Source: Entomortierella parvispora E1425
Taxonomy: Eukaryota > Fungi > Mortierellomycota
Length of the DNA: 64,000 nt
Reading direction: 5' to 3'
Assembly (NCBI GenBank): GCA_020891255.1
Contig: BQFW01000015.1
Coordinates: 930,001 to 994,000 of the forward strand
The translations under genes and the position numbers were made by a program. Shown here piece after piece: positions 38,264 through 50,954 of this stretch (position 1 is the stretch's first letter; every line of letters starts with the position of its first letter). The notes under the pieces are model-generated. The model did not search any database and was not told where the DNA came from. It saw only the letters and a program-made list of their open reading frames with translations.

Positions 38264-40419
38264 ATGTCTGCCACTTCCGAACTAGTCGAAATGGCTAGCG
38301 CTCCATCACCTGTTCCTGCAACAGAACTGCCCGCCAACCCCGAGACCACCTCGGAGCCTGGATCTGCACTGCATTCTGCCATTGCAATCGATATCGATGA
38401 CAACACGTCTGAGGCTCCCCACTCTATTGATCATGAATCCGCCCGGGCCGCAGTGACTGATAATGCTCCTCAGACTGCACTCGACCAGGACTCTAATATG
38501 TCTGGGGAGGATGCGTCTGCTTCCCAAGCCCAAGAACCATCATCAGAGCATCCAGAACAAACGCAACAAGATGAAGATCGAGTGGAAGCAGTGGATGAGA
38601 CCGCACAAGAAAACAACGAGGAGGAAGCTGTTGCCTCAGCTAAAGTTGAGACGGTTGAGACTACTGAGAACTCAATGGAGGAAGAGACTGCCGACCCTTA
38701 CACGGAGAAGGACAAAGCCTACAAGGATACTCACCTCGTATCAGCAACTCCTGTTCCGACAACAGAGACCCTCCCTGCCGATAAAAAATCTGATGGTGTG
38801 TCAGGATCAAAGGGAGCAGGCACGAACCAGAAAGGCTCAAAGCAAAACAAACAACAGCACTCCAAAAATCGCCTAGGGCATCACAACAACAATCGATCAG
38901 GCCCCTACAATCAGCGTACATTCAACAATAACAGCAACAACAACCAACACCCCAACCAAGGCATGAACCAAAACTTCAACAACAACCGCCGAGGCGGCCA
39001 TGGAGGTGGACCTGGACCTTTGCGCAGAGAAGGATTTCGAGGTAGGATCTAATATCTCTCTAGCTAACAATCCTTACGACAAGGGTATTAATTGTCGCCC
39101 CTTGGTATCTCTATTTTTTTTTCAAAAAAAAACAGGCTCTCAAGACCAACGCCCCTACCGGCGAGATGATGCTCAACGTGGACGTCCCATGGACATGCAC
39201 CCCCAACAGTTTCCACCTCACCATCAGCAGCATCCTCGTGACTTTAACCACCAGAATCCAAACCATATTCACAACAATCAAGGCAGCGGTAACTTTCAGG
39301 GTGGACCCCGTCCTCGAGGACAGTTTCCACCCCAGCAACCAGCTTTTCCTCAGCAACCTCATCAGAACCATGGACCAGCACCTCATCAGAACCATGGACC
39401 AGCACCTCATCACAACCAACGCTTCTCTAACGGCCCTGATCACAACGACCGTGGCAGTCAACATCGTCAGAACAGAGGCGGCCCAAACATGACGCCGCCA
39501 GTGCAACATCAAGGGCCCCCTCCCCCTCCTCATGCAAGAGGACAGCCTCAAGGAGGACCACCTGCACAGCCCGGCAACATCAAAAATATTTATGAATATG
39601 TCAAGGGAATGCGCTGGGATCAGGTAGCTTTATATGAAATTGAATAGCTGCAGCCTCGCACATATTGATCCATGCTGGATGACTAACTGACTGACTGCCT
39701 TCTATATTTGTACGTTTTAGGGAAATGCACCTGTCGCTAGACCTCCTGCACCGAGCACAGCCCATGATCAGCCACACTATCCTGGCGCCGGTGCTGGTGC
39801 TGCTGGTGGCCCGGGACGATTCAACTCTCCTCGTGGTCCAGCTGCCCCTGTTGCCACACCTCCTCAAGGATATGGGCACCCGCACGCTAGAGATCCATAC
39901 GATCCTTTTGCTCATCACACTCCACCACCTAACATGCAAGGTTCTGGCGCACCTCATCAGCAAGAGTGGCACCCCGACAATGCTCGATATCCTACGGGAA
40001 ATGGCCCTCAGTCAGGAGATACAGGACTCGGCCCATCGCGTGGACTCAACGGAGACTGGCAAAATCCAGGGGATAGACAAAATACACCTTTCAAGCGCCC
40101 GCTTGATAGTGGCCGCGGTGGACGTGGTGGACGTGGTGGTCGCGGTGGCTTCGGTGGACCTCCAGGAAGAGGTGGTCACAATAGCAACAATGCTGGCTTC
40201 AACAATTCAGCAGGTCATGCGGTACAGTCCAATGCCAGCTCTGTGAACAGTATCCCACTGAATCAAAACAAGCCCATTGGTGGCCAGGGTAATACCGACG
40301 GGTATAATGGTCGTCAGCCTCCTATTCCCCCACAGCCGCCTTTGCCAACACAACCTCCTCCCGCCGCTCTTCAGATGCAACCCCAACAGCAACTGCAACA
40401 TCAGCAGCACCAACTACAC

Positions 40420-40457
<38 letters not shown>

Positions 40458-41052
40458 ACAGCAGCAACAGCAGCATCAAGCATACCCTCAAGCCTATGCA
40501 CAAATACCAGGACAGGGCTATGGCTATCAGGATGCATCTGGGACATATCAGGCTTCAGCGGGTGCTTATCAACCTCAAGCTTCAGGATATCCCGCACCAG
40601 GAACTGGGTACGCTACCGCAGGTGCTGGCTATCCCGCGGCGGCTTCAACCGCAAACGCTTACCAGGCAGCAACCCCTGCCTACCCCGCTGCAGGAGGATA
40701 TCAGGCAGCAGCAACAACGGCATATGGTTATGGCGCAGGATATCAGCCTGCTGCTGCCGGCTACACTGCAACGACAACTAGCTATCCGAATGCAGGATAT
40801 CAAGCTGCGGCTGCTTACTCGGCTCCTGCTGCAGCCTATCCAACTGCTGCAGCCACAACTCCTGCTGGAGCCTATCCTACCGCGGGCGCGTATCCAGCAG
40901 CCGGCTCTTACGCTGTTGCCGCTGGCGCATACCCCGCAGCCCCTGCTACTGCTTATCAGGCTACTGCTGTTTATCAGGCACCGCCGGCTGGCTATCAAGC
41001 ACCAGCAACGGCTTACCAAGCAACTGCGACAACGTATCCTACATATCGGTAA
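38264..41052 (+). CDS. Low-complexity prion-like protein (acidic N-terminus, N/Q/H/P/G-rich, RGG, polyQ, YPA-repeat tail)
   Basis: Three exons (38264-39041, 39137-39623, 39721-41052) chain in frame; no globular family recognised. Confidence 0.78.
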
Positions 41053-41879
41053 ACCGCCCCTGGTATCGTATTCGGATGCGGCGCGCCTCTGCTCTTCCTA
41101 TTTTTTGTCTATTTTTTTTTGTCCCCTTGGTGTTTTCATCCCATTTGTGTCTGCGCTATTATCTCTACCTACTTTTCATTACCTTCAGATTTGATCTCCT
41201 CTGAAGTGCACGCCATTGTGCAATGCCTCGCTTTTTATTTTTTTATCCCCACTCAAGTGCCCATCTTCTCTGCACCCACTCATTACACCCTTATCCCCAA
41301 ATCCACGCTCTCGTATCACCGCACTCTTTTCGGAACGAGATCACAATTAAGCTCAACCTGGATGATGTGCTTACGCCAAAGGAGCAGAAGGCTATACGGA
41401 ATGCCTCTTTGAAAGGCCAATCGGTCAGAAAGCACTCTCACACACTCCTCTCTCACACGCTCTAAGTATGGGTTTGTCATTTTCATTTCGTGCTGGCAAG
41501 GGATCAATATGGGCCCCACACCTGGTGAATTATTAAGCCCCCTTTTAACAATGCCTTCCCCATCCTTGTCCCGCGCACTCCTCTTGACTTTTTGTCCATC
41601 TCCATCTTCCACAAACAGAAACCTGATCTGGTACATTGTCTGCGTCATGCTGTCGGATTGTCAATGTCATTCTCTTCAGACGTTGTTACTTGGCCAGAGC
41701 GCTTGATCTATCCCCAGACATCCCAATCTCTTCTCTGCGCTTCGCTCCTTGGAACATTTCCGTTCACATCCCCACCCACTCCTCTCTTCTGCACATGTAC
41801 TATAAATGAGCGTTTTACTTTTGAGTTCATTCCTTCCCCATCTACGTAGTATACATTTCAGGAATAGTCCTTGCTGGTG

Positions 41880-44267
41880 TTAGGAATCTGCTGCTGTTCT
41901 GGGGTGGTGAAGACGACAGGGCGATCGGTCCAAAAATAGGCAGCAAGGAAGCTGACACCTCTTCCAGAGGTAACCAAATTTTTGGGTGAAGCCAGGAATC
42001 AGCCTCTTCTGGGCATTCGGAAGGTCCTCGAGGAGTTTTGAGGGCACGGCTTTTTCCCTCTCCAAGTTCATTTTGGTGAAACGATGGACGAATTGGGTGT
42101 CATCCATTCCCAGCCCGAATTGGTGTTGAGGCAGAGGATCTCATATATCTTTCTTGAGATAATCCTGGGATATGGGCAATTTGGGATCATCTTCAAACTA
42201 ACATGGATCGCAATTTGATCCTTTCGAGGCTTGGTTCCTGAATGAGTCCAGCCACTTTGTCTTGCCATTCATTATGGAACATACGTGACCGCGCGAGCCA
42301 CTGGAACTCCTTTGGCCCTCTGTTCCTTGTAAAGGCGGCTTCGTTGACGACGTGCGCCAGTTTCTTTCTGTTTGCGAAATAAATGCCCATCAAATGCTCG
42401 GCCCATTTGTGACCAATATCGGTGTTGGAGCTTTGTTGGTTTGTGTCAAGGTTCATGTCAGGTTCAGAGACGTCATCATTACGAACAGCGATCGCTGGAA
42501 TGATGCCGAAGGTTGTGAATCTGGACCATAAGGATATTGCGGATTTCCATGTGCTCTGGCTCCTTGGTGATGAGAAGGCAATGGGTGAACGTGAATGGAG
42601 AATAAATGGTAGTAAAAAGGAAACCAGAGTGGTGAAAGATCCGCCGTCGCGAATGTTTTTTTTTCTCCCCTGTCGTCAAATGCTATCTTGTCACAGGGAT
42701 CCACTCACACGTAGCACGGACTGTAGTGTTCTTGCTGGGTGCTAGACGTCTTGTCATGTTCTGGTGTGACAAACAGTACACAGCACTTGTCCATCTCGGC
42801 AAAAGTAAACCGCAATCATGCTGACGCCCGTCCCAGCCATCACCAGATATTAGACGGCCAGGAACCGGATTGTGCCCTCGACGTCCTGAATATCGTGGTG
42901 CGGCGAATTTGGAAACTCGTCCTTGATTTTTGAGAGCTTGGCTTCGTCTACATTGGCGTTCGATTTGCTGAGTCGGTAAACAAAATGGATCTTGTCTCTA
43001 CCCAGGCTGAATTCAACTGATTGCGAAGACCTTTGAATATCTTGAGGTAATATACAAGGGACAGAGGCTTTGCTTCATCTCCAAAATGAAGGTGGATTGC
43101 GATTCGATCCTGAGGGGGATACGTAGTAGCTTTCTTCAGAAGATCTTTGCTATAGGTTCCTGGGACGAGCTGCTTGTGTTTCGGTGTCAGTTTTGACTCT
43201 ATGGCCATTCGCGCCTCCATTTCTCCCGGGGTTTCTGGGGGCAGCGACAGAGGTACTGCAGTTCCCGCGAGGCACTGAAGCACGATTTTCCTGTCTTGAG
43301 ACAGTCGACGCTCGAAATGTTCGCATTTAGTCCTGTAATCGATGTAAAATCCATCGTATGCCTTCTTTGAAAAACCTTTGGCTCCGTTTTTCTTGGAAAG
43401 GTCCAAGCTATTTCTATGATAGTTTGGAACATGTATCCAATGGTGAAGGTCGAGGTATGGCGGATTCAGTTTGATAAAGTGCCGCTTCACGAGTTGAGCC
43501 AGGCAGAGATGATCTTTTGGTTCAGTGTCCCTCATAAAAGCAGCCACGTTGAAGACATGAGTCAGACCACGCGTGTTGGGAAAAACACCCCTTCCAAGAG
43601 CTCTGCCCATTTTACTCCTAGATCAGCACTAGAGCGATGGTAGACCGTGAAGAGACCGATGTCAAGAAGTTTGAGTTCCGGATCCGTTGGCACGGGTAAG
43701 TTGAGACGAAAATTGCCTTTTAGAGATGGATCCTTGGACTGCTCGCCTCTGGTCCCGGGTCTTTAGTTTTTAGTAGGGCACCATGGCCGAACAGAGAAAA
43801 GTCATCCGATTGAATCGAGGTTTTGAACCATTGGTGAAGGGGTGGTTTCTTTAGATCCATGGTACCTGATACCTTTCGCTCGTTATTGACCAAGTGAGGC
43901 TCTCTGCTGATATCCATAACCCTTTCTCTTCCTCAACTAGCCTCACCTTATCCTCTTCGGTGAGTGGTAAGTTGTTAATTTGAGGTGCGCTCAGCTAAGA
44001 TTCTTTGTCCAGCAGGTTCCCATTTTCATCGTAAAATAGCTTCGCCATTCCCATTATTTTTTTCTTTGGAGGAGGGAGTAGTCTCTGTTCGTTGACTGAG
44101 GAGCCCTCTCCTGGCTCTCTAGCCACGGGTACAGCCTTGGGTGCGCTGTAAGGAGTCGACAACGATAAGAAATAAGGGATGGAGTCGATGGGAAACGGAG
44201 GTAAGGATTCCATAAACGAATGCCGCGGCTGCCCCTCTTCACGCTCTAGTTCGAGATAGGCGATCAT
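41880..44267 (-). pseudogene. Fragmented gene, core possibly fucosyltransferase-like (GT-B)
   Basis: Chain of protein-like ORFs separated by stops and frameshifts; RIAIHLHFGD (~43080-43106) and FLAV*YLVMAGTGVSMIAVY (~42810-42865) echo the HxRxGD and D..xSxSxFS motifs. Confidence 0.45.
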
Positions 44268-45018
44268 GACAAGAAGCTAGAGGGCGGAAACAACGTGAAC
44301 CTGGTTCGCAGCAGCTGATGGGCGCACATATTGACGGTGATGATACTCTTCCAAACAGCGACTGTTGTGGGAATTGGTGGAGGGCATTTTTGAGAAATGT
44401 AAAAACGTTCGCAGCACCCTTCTCCTATTTCTGGCCTTTTCTGTTTGCTGGAATGTTAGGTCGTCCTTGTGAGCAGACCGAGCGCAAGACGATAGAAGCT
44501 AAAGTGCATGCGCACGGACGTAGCACAACCAAGACCGCGTCCATGAACGAACTGTCGCGTTTTGACGTTGATTGTCAGATTGTCAGATTATCACGAGAGT
44601 TGTTCTTATCGCAGACTCTTTGACACGAAGGTCGTCAGCATGGTCCCTGCATGCGCTGGTGCAGACTGGACCACAACCGTCGACAGATCCGTAATCACAC
44701 TGGGCATCCCTTTCCTCCGCACTGCCTTGAGTGGTGGGCAGTCTGCACCCCATCGTTCTCCCTCCCAACCAGAATCGATCCGGCCTGGTGACAGAGCGTG
44801 CGTGCCGCAATGTCTCAAATGCCAGTTGAGACCTTTTATTTCAGCTCTGTTCTCTTTTTTTTCTGTTTTCCCCTCTTGACTCTCTCCCTTCCTTTGGCTT
44901 GAAGTCTTCCCCTTTATTCCCTTGCATTCTATCCTGCACATTATTCTTTTCCTGTCAACAAGTCTTTCGCTCATCCATCTGCACAAACAACAACTCGCAC
45001 TCACCTTCACTCACAAAA

Positions 45019-46389
45019 ATGAAATTCCGCTGGGCATCACCTTTGGCCCAAGTCATTGCCGTGGGCTTTATTTGCTTCTGCTGCCCCGGTATGTTCAATG
45101 CCCTCAACTCCCTGGGCGGGGGAGGGCAACTTAACTCCAAGGTCGGCCAGAATGCCAACGTAGCCCTTTACACCTGTTTTGCTGTCTTTGGACTCTTGTC
45201 TGGAGCCATCCACAATAAGCTCGGACCAAAGTGGACCATCTTCTTGGGCTGTGCAACCTACGTCCTCTACGCTGGCTCCCTCCTCTGCTACAACCACACC
45301 CAGAACGGAGCCTTCACGATCGCAGCTGGAGGAATTTTGGGTGTCGGTGCCGGAATGCTCTGGACAGCCCAGGGAGCGATGATGATGGCGTACCCGCGTG
45401 AGGAGCACAAGGGCGTGTACATTGGTTACTTTTGGGCCATCTTCAACATGGGCGCAGTGTTAGGATCTGTCATTGCGTTCGCAATCAACTTCCATGTCAC
45501 CGAGGCCAAGTCTTTGGGCGACGCTACCTACGCTGTGTTCATTGCACTCATGGGCGTCGGAACCCTGATCGCACTCTCTCTGGTCCCTCCATCATCCGTG
45601 ACCCACGCGAACGGTGACCACATCTTGATCCAACAGTTCCCAACTTGGCTTGGTGAGATCAAGGCCATCTTCAGGCTCTTCCTTGACTGGCGCATGCTTG
45701 TGCTCCTTCCCATGTTCCTCTCCTCGAACTGGTTCTACTCTTACCAGTTCACCACAGTCAACGGACGGTACTTTTCGATCCGAACTCAGTCTCTCAACAA
45801 CATCATGTACTGGGCGTCTCAGATTATTGGCTCGTATTCCTTTGCACGAGTCCTTGACTTTCAAGGAGTGAACCGAAGGAAACGCGCTCTCTGGGGCTTG
45901 ACCATTATCACAGTCGCATTCGTGGCCACTTGGATCGGTGGTATCTTTTTCCAGCGTACCTACAGCCTTGATATGCCCCAGCTTAACCATGACTTCAGTG
46001 ATGGTCGCTCCTACGTCGGACCGCTATTCCTCTACATATTTTATGGGTTGAACGATGCCGCCTGGCAGACATATATTTATTGGTTGATGGGTGCACTCTC
46101 GAACAACGCTACGGTCCTGTCCAGATACGCTGGTTTCTACAAGTGCATCCAGTCTAGCGGTGCCGCCATCTCTTGGAGAATCAACGCTGTGGAGACTCCG
46201 TTCATGACCGAGCTCATCATTTGTTTTGCTTTGTTGGTGGCGTCAATCCCGGGAGCACTCTTCCTGTGCTTGCGCATCAAGGACCATACCGAGGAAACAG
46301 GCGATTATGACAGGGCCGCAGTGTCCGACGATAAGCGTGAACACCTGGAACCCCACGACAAGCGTGAGCCCGTGGACCCCCAGTTTTAA
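45019..46389 (+). CDS. UNC93-like MFS transporter
   Basis: Intronless 456 aa; FCCPGMFNALNSLGGGG, AGMLWTAQGAMMMAYP..KGVYIGYFWAIFN, SNWFYSYQF; ~12 TM. Confidence 0.9.
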   Translation: MKFRWASPLAQVIAVGFICFCCPGMFNALNSLGGGGQLNSKVGQNANVALYTCFAVFGLLSGAIHNKLGPKWTIFLGCATYVLYAGSLLCYNHTQNGAFTIAAGGILGVGAGMLWTAQGAMMMAYPREEHKGVYIGYFWAIFNMGAVLGSVIAFAINFHVTEAKSLGDATYAVFIALMGVGTLIALSLVPPSSVTHANGDHILIQQFPTWLGEIKAIFRLFLDWRMLVLLPMFLSSNWFYSYQFTTVNGRYFSIRTQSLNNIMYWASQIIGSYSFARVLDFQGVNRRKRALWGLTIITVAFVATWIGGIFFQRTYSLDMPQLNHDFSDGRSYVGPLFLYIFYGLNDAAWQTYIYWLMGALSNNATVLSRYAGFYKCIQSSGAAISWRINAVETPFMTELIICFALLVASIPGALFLCLRIKDHTEETGDYDRAAVSDDKREHLEPHDKREPVDPQF

Positions 46390-46698
46390 GGAAGGGCCCT
46401 CCCACACCTGTACATAGTTTATATCCCTTGCCCTCCTGGTGACTTCGCCACCAAACGTTTTTTTTTTAAAAAAAATAAACTTTTTTGCCTCGTCTTTGAA
46501 ACATGAAGCAAAACGTGGGATGAGTGATGGCTTTGTGGGTCGGCATCGCTCTCATTGTCTGACTCTTTCATGTTGAATCCCGATTGAATTTTCTCTCTCC
46601 ATTCCACATTCAACTCAAATCATCCTCCATTCCCCATCGTCGTAGCACTTTCCTTATTTTCTCGCTATCCCTGTCTCTCTCATACAGACACACACGCA

Positions 46699-48183
46699 AT
46701 GCTGGCCGTACTGGGTCAACTGCAGAGGCTATGGTACCTGATCCTCTCCTGCTCCATCGCTTGCCTTATCAGCGACATTACTCTGTCCAGTATCTCAGAC
46801 CCCTCTATCTCGGCCTTCATCTTCATCCCACTACCTTTGGTTGCCGACGTCCCAACGGTCCTCATCTTTGCTTATGGCATATGGGGAAAATCTCAGCCTT
46901 TCCTATTGCCGTCGTCCACATTGAACCCATGCATACGATGGACCCGACTGCTGGGAACAGTGCTACTTTGCCTGCTTTGGATTATAAATACGTTCATCTA
47001 CAGTTCCAGTGAAATGCTCATAAGAAGGATCTTTGCTGGAATCGCAGCCTTGAACTCCATCTTGATCTTGGTCGAGATGCTCGGCAGCCATCGGATTGGA
47101 AAGGAACAACGAAGGATTCTGAAGAAGGAGAAAAGAGACCAGCAGGAAAAGTTGGAGCTAAAGCAATTGAGGCTGCAAAAAAGGAGGGAAGAGTTGCACC
47201 AAGGAGATTCTGGATTCGAGAGTCAGGCGATTGAATCCAGGGAGAGCATGGGAGGACAGAGCGCCTTTGATAGGCAGAACAGTGGCTCACACAGCGATCA
47301 TGACGAGGATGAGGACGATGAGGGGCGACTCAGAGAGGTAGAGATCATTCGACCAGAGGCGATCGACCCTTCGACTGTCATCTTTACCCAGCAAATGATG
47401 TACGAAAGGCAACAGCGGGAGTACTTTTTGCAGTACCAGCAGTACCTACAAAGTCAGCATCATCTCTCGGAACAGGAACAACAAAACGCCAGTGCTGGAC
47501 CCTCTGGTTCTGTGCTGCCTGTCGCTGGCTCGATGGGTGGTGAAGATGGGAAATACGACGATATATTCCTCGAGTCCTCATACAAGTTCGAGATCCCCAT
47601 CGACGGACCTTTGGTGAGTCAATCGACGGGTGGCATTGCAACAGAGAAGACAGAACCTGCTTCTATAGCACCATCGACACCGCCAACCACGACGGATGTC
47701 AAAAATCCATACATATACCTTCCTTCGGCCCCTTCTTTGATAGGGTTGAACATGCCAATGCCCACTGCTGCTTCCCACAACTTATCCTCGCCATTCCCCC
47801 ATACGGCGTCCTCAGCCTCATCCTTGTCAAGGCACTCCACTCTCTCCTCGTCCTCGTCCACCTCGGTCGTTCACTCTGATGAGAACCTCTCTGCAGTGCA
47901 AAAACAAGCCCTTGCAAGCTCAAGCCCTTACTCTGAACAGGACTACCAATCCAAGAGTCAAGAATTTGCCTCAGCCCCACCATACGAAAGCCGGCAGTCT
48001 CTTCAAGTTCCTGTGCCGCCTTTGATACCTGCACCAGCACTAACTCTAATTAGCACCACGGCTGGATCCGTGGTTACCGGGACAGTGTTTGACGCTCAAA
48101 CAACGGCAGATTCGGATCAGATCCAAGGCAATGACCGTCAACCTGTCAGGAAGATTCACGGTGCAAAGCGCTCGTCTATATGA
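46699..48183 (+). CDS. Hypothetical protein: four N-terminal TM helices (MARVEL-like), coiled coil, S/P-rich tail
   Basis: 494-aa single ORF. Confidence 0.75.
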   Translation: MLAVLGQLQRLWYLILSCSIACLISDITLSSISDPSISAFIFIPLPLVADVPTVLIFAYGIWGKSQPFLLPSSTLNPCIRWTRLLGTVLLCLLWIINTFIYSSSEMLIRRIFAGIAALNSILILVEMLGSHRIGKEQRRILKKEKRDQQEKLELKQLRLQKRREELHQGDSGFESQAIESRESMGGQSAFDRQNSGSHSDHDEDEDDEGRLREVEIIRPEAIDPSTVIFTQQMMYERQQREYFLQYQQYLQSQHHLSEQEQQNASAGPSGSVLPVAGSMGGEDGKYDDIFLESSYKFEIPIDGPLVSQSTGGIATEKTEPASIAPSTPPTTTDVKNPYIYLPSAPSLIGLNMPMPTAASHNLSSPFPHTASSASSLSRHSTLSSSSSTSVVHSDENLSAVQKQALASSSPYSEQDYQSKSQEFASAPPYESRQSLQVPVPPLIPAPALTLISTTAGSVVTGTVFDAQTTADSDQIQGNDRQPVRKIHGAKRSSI

Positions 48184-48387
48184 GGAACATTCAATAAAAG
48201 TTTTGCACACCAAATTTCGTGACCCAACAGCCCAACAGCCCAAGCAAAAGAGAAATGTCAAAGTCCAACAGAGTTCTGAAAGCTAGCGCACAGAGGCGAA
48301 TTGATTGACATGACAATTATGGTATTGTTGTATGGTAAGCTACTTTCTTCTATATAAACATATCTCTCTTGACGCCTTCTCTGCATC

Positions 48388-49340
48388 TTAGACGTAGGAA
48401 CGCTTTGCGCTAGAAAAGAAAGTCCTAACGACAAAGACCTGAAGAGCCGACATGGCGACAATCATGCCCAATTCCGTAACAGAGAACCAAAAGATCCTAG
48501 ACTCGGTCGAGATCACGGTGGCAAAGTTTCGGCTCTCTCTTGTCTTCTGGTACTTTTGCATGCGATCGACCTGGCCCAACTCTCCTGTCAATCTGAATAG
48601 CGATTCATCCATGGCCTCGGTGTGAGCCTGAGGTCTAGTGGTCTTCTCACCAGCGGCAACCTGAGATGGTCTCGTTTCATTCTCGATCGAAATCTCAAAG
48701 TCAACGACCTTCTCGGCAAAAGTGGACATGTCGTTGGAGAAACAGAACGAGTACTCGCCCACATCATTGGCCGTGAAGACATAGTCGCCCTGACGCTCCT
48801 TCTCAAGTTGGAGAAGGAGCTTCTCGTGGGGACCCATCACCTCGACATCAATGTCGAAAGATCCACCCGATTGGACCTAATTATATCATAACATGAGGAG
48901 ACAATATGGTCAGTATGAGAGGAATAACGTCTAGTGAATGTTGGGGAACACTGAGGAAGAGAGGTTTGAATCCATTGAGGTCCATTGTGCCGATTTGCGA
49001 GCGCGCTTCGATATCTGGACCGCGATTTTTTGTGTTCCTGACCGATGAGTTCCCGGTCCCGTTTGTACTTTTTTTTACAATATCTGTTCTTTAGTTGAGC
49101 AAATTGATGTGTCCATGGTCCTAGTGAGGTATTAACTCTCTATCAAAGTGCTTGGCTTACGGCAAAGTAGAAGGCAAGCTTCTTCTTGGCAACGGGAGCG
49201 TAAGTGTAGAAGCAGGCACGCTCATGAGCCGCGACATTGTAGGTGAGGGCTGTGGCCTCGACAACAGGAGTGATGGTCGAGATGGAAAGAAGGGCGACGA
49301 GGGCTAGCAACGCAGCCGAGAAGGAAGTGATGGAAGGCAT
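48388..49340 (-). CDS. p24/GOLD cargo receptor (gamma, Erp2/Erp3-like)
   Basis: Signal peptide, ALTYNVAAHERACFY, AFYFAV|QSGGSFDID, GEYSFCFSNDMST, TRESRNFATV.ST.SRIFWFS, TM, FF motif; intron 49160-48877. Confidence 0.93.
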
Positions 49341-49561
49341 TGCTGTGATGTAATGTTTGTGAAGGAACCAGAGAGGATTGCTAGATGACAAGATGTGAAT
49401 CGAGATGACTTCGACCGTTGGCTTATCCTTCCCCCCGCCCCACGTTCGGACGTCACCTGCACGTGATTAACGAGATTTTGTACGTGATTCAAATTGGCGG
49501 CGGCGATTGCCTTGTGCATGAAACCTCCACTCTTCTACTTCATGCACATACGTTCCGCATC

Positions 49562-50954
49562 ATGAAGGCACGAGGAGAAAACACCTACCACTGTCCATAT
49601 CCGGGCTGCACTCAGGCCTTTACTGCCCTCCGGGATTGGAATGCACACACAAGACGCGAACGATTCAACAGGTAAGACTCTTGTCAATGACTGCTGTCTT
49701 TTTTGTTCAAAAATTGTTTAACGACTTGCTCCGCAACTGCTGCCTCTTAGCATCAACTCACGGATCGTGTTTGCAGTCAGAAAAAGGACTGGAAATGAGC
49801 GATTTCACCTTTCCACCATCACGGACGCCGACCAACAAAGTCATCATTCAGGGACTATGGACGGAATATTGGCCTCTTTGGGTATGCTGGATCTCCTTCC
49901 GCTTGACAAGAAGGGTGTCATCAACAAGCAATATCTAGACGACTCTCACAGGACTCCGGGATCCAAAGAGATGTGGGTACGAGAATCCAGAGAGTGCCAA
50001 ATCTCTATGGGCCACAATCTCAATACGAGTGTCAAGGCTAGTAGAGATGAAAATACACCACCAACTCCAGTTCCGGAAACACTACCAAACGCGTCCCAGT
50101 CCTCTAGCGTGACATCCCTCACAAGAACGCAGTGGACTCTGGGCGATGTGAATGACCGTGATGTATCCCTGTCACCGCCAGCAAAGGACAGTGAAATGAG
50201 CTCGAGGAATCACGCGGATATCGACGATGCAAAGAATGTCATCGATGGCGACATTAAATGCCAGTGGGAGACACGGTTACGACAGTGTGGATTCAAGACT
50301 TTTATCGCTTCAGGAGCCTGTCATAGGAACTTGCGTACTCAGCAAACACTTGCCCGACACTACCTGCTTCATGCTATGACACAAATCACGAACTTCTATA
50401 CCTCAACTTGCCCTGTTAAGGACTGTGAGATGATATTGTTCCAAGAGACAGAGGATGAAACGCTGGAAGACATGATATCGAGGCACAACGCTCTGCTGCA
50501 CCCCACTCTCCCCAATACCCGGCGAAGGACTCCTACTTCAACCGTACCGACTACAAAGGATGTGTCAAGTAAGCGCTCTAATTCTCCAGGATCGAAAAAC
50601 ACCGCCTCTCAGGCCGCTACCAATGTAATGAAAGCGCGGCAAAAGGATCGTCGACACAAGTCGAGGTCAGGGACAAAAGAGCCATCACAGCCAAAAGAGA
50701 TACCACCAACGACACCAAGTGAACTTGCCGTGTCTAGGATGACCAATCCTGCAGAGACGGTAGAAGACAGTTGTGATAGCGATGGCAATGATGTGGAGGG
50801 CGTGGAGGGCGTGGCGAGCAAGCGGAAAGCGAGCCAGGATCATGAAAGCCAAAGTCATAGGCGGAAAACAAGGGGTGGCGTCGGAAATTATCAGGAAGCA
50901 GTAGACACTCCTTTAGTCCTGGGTCCCTTTTTCACTCGCATGACTGAGCGTTAA
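49562..50954 (+). CDS. Hypothetical protein with divergent C2H2-like zinc fingers
   Basis: YHCPYPGCTQAF..WNAH; C..LARHYLLH; CPVKDC..RHNALLH; one intron ~49672-49750. Confidence 0.55.

Noticed and set aside
41223-41465. ORF fragment ..IKLNLDDVLTPKEQKAIRNASLKG
   Set aside because: No ATG or splice context; cannot be assigned.
48877-49160. snoRNA in the 284-nt p24 intron
   Set aside because: No convincing C/D or H/ACA boxes.
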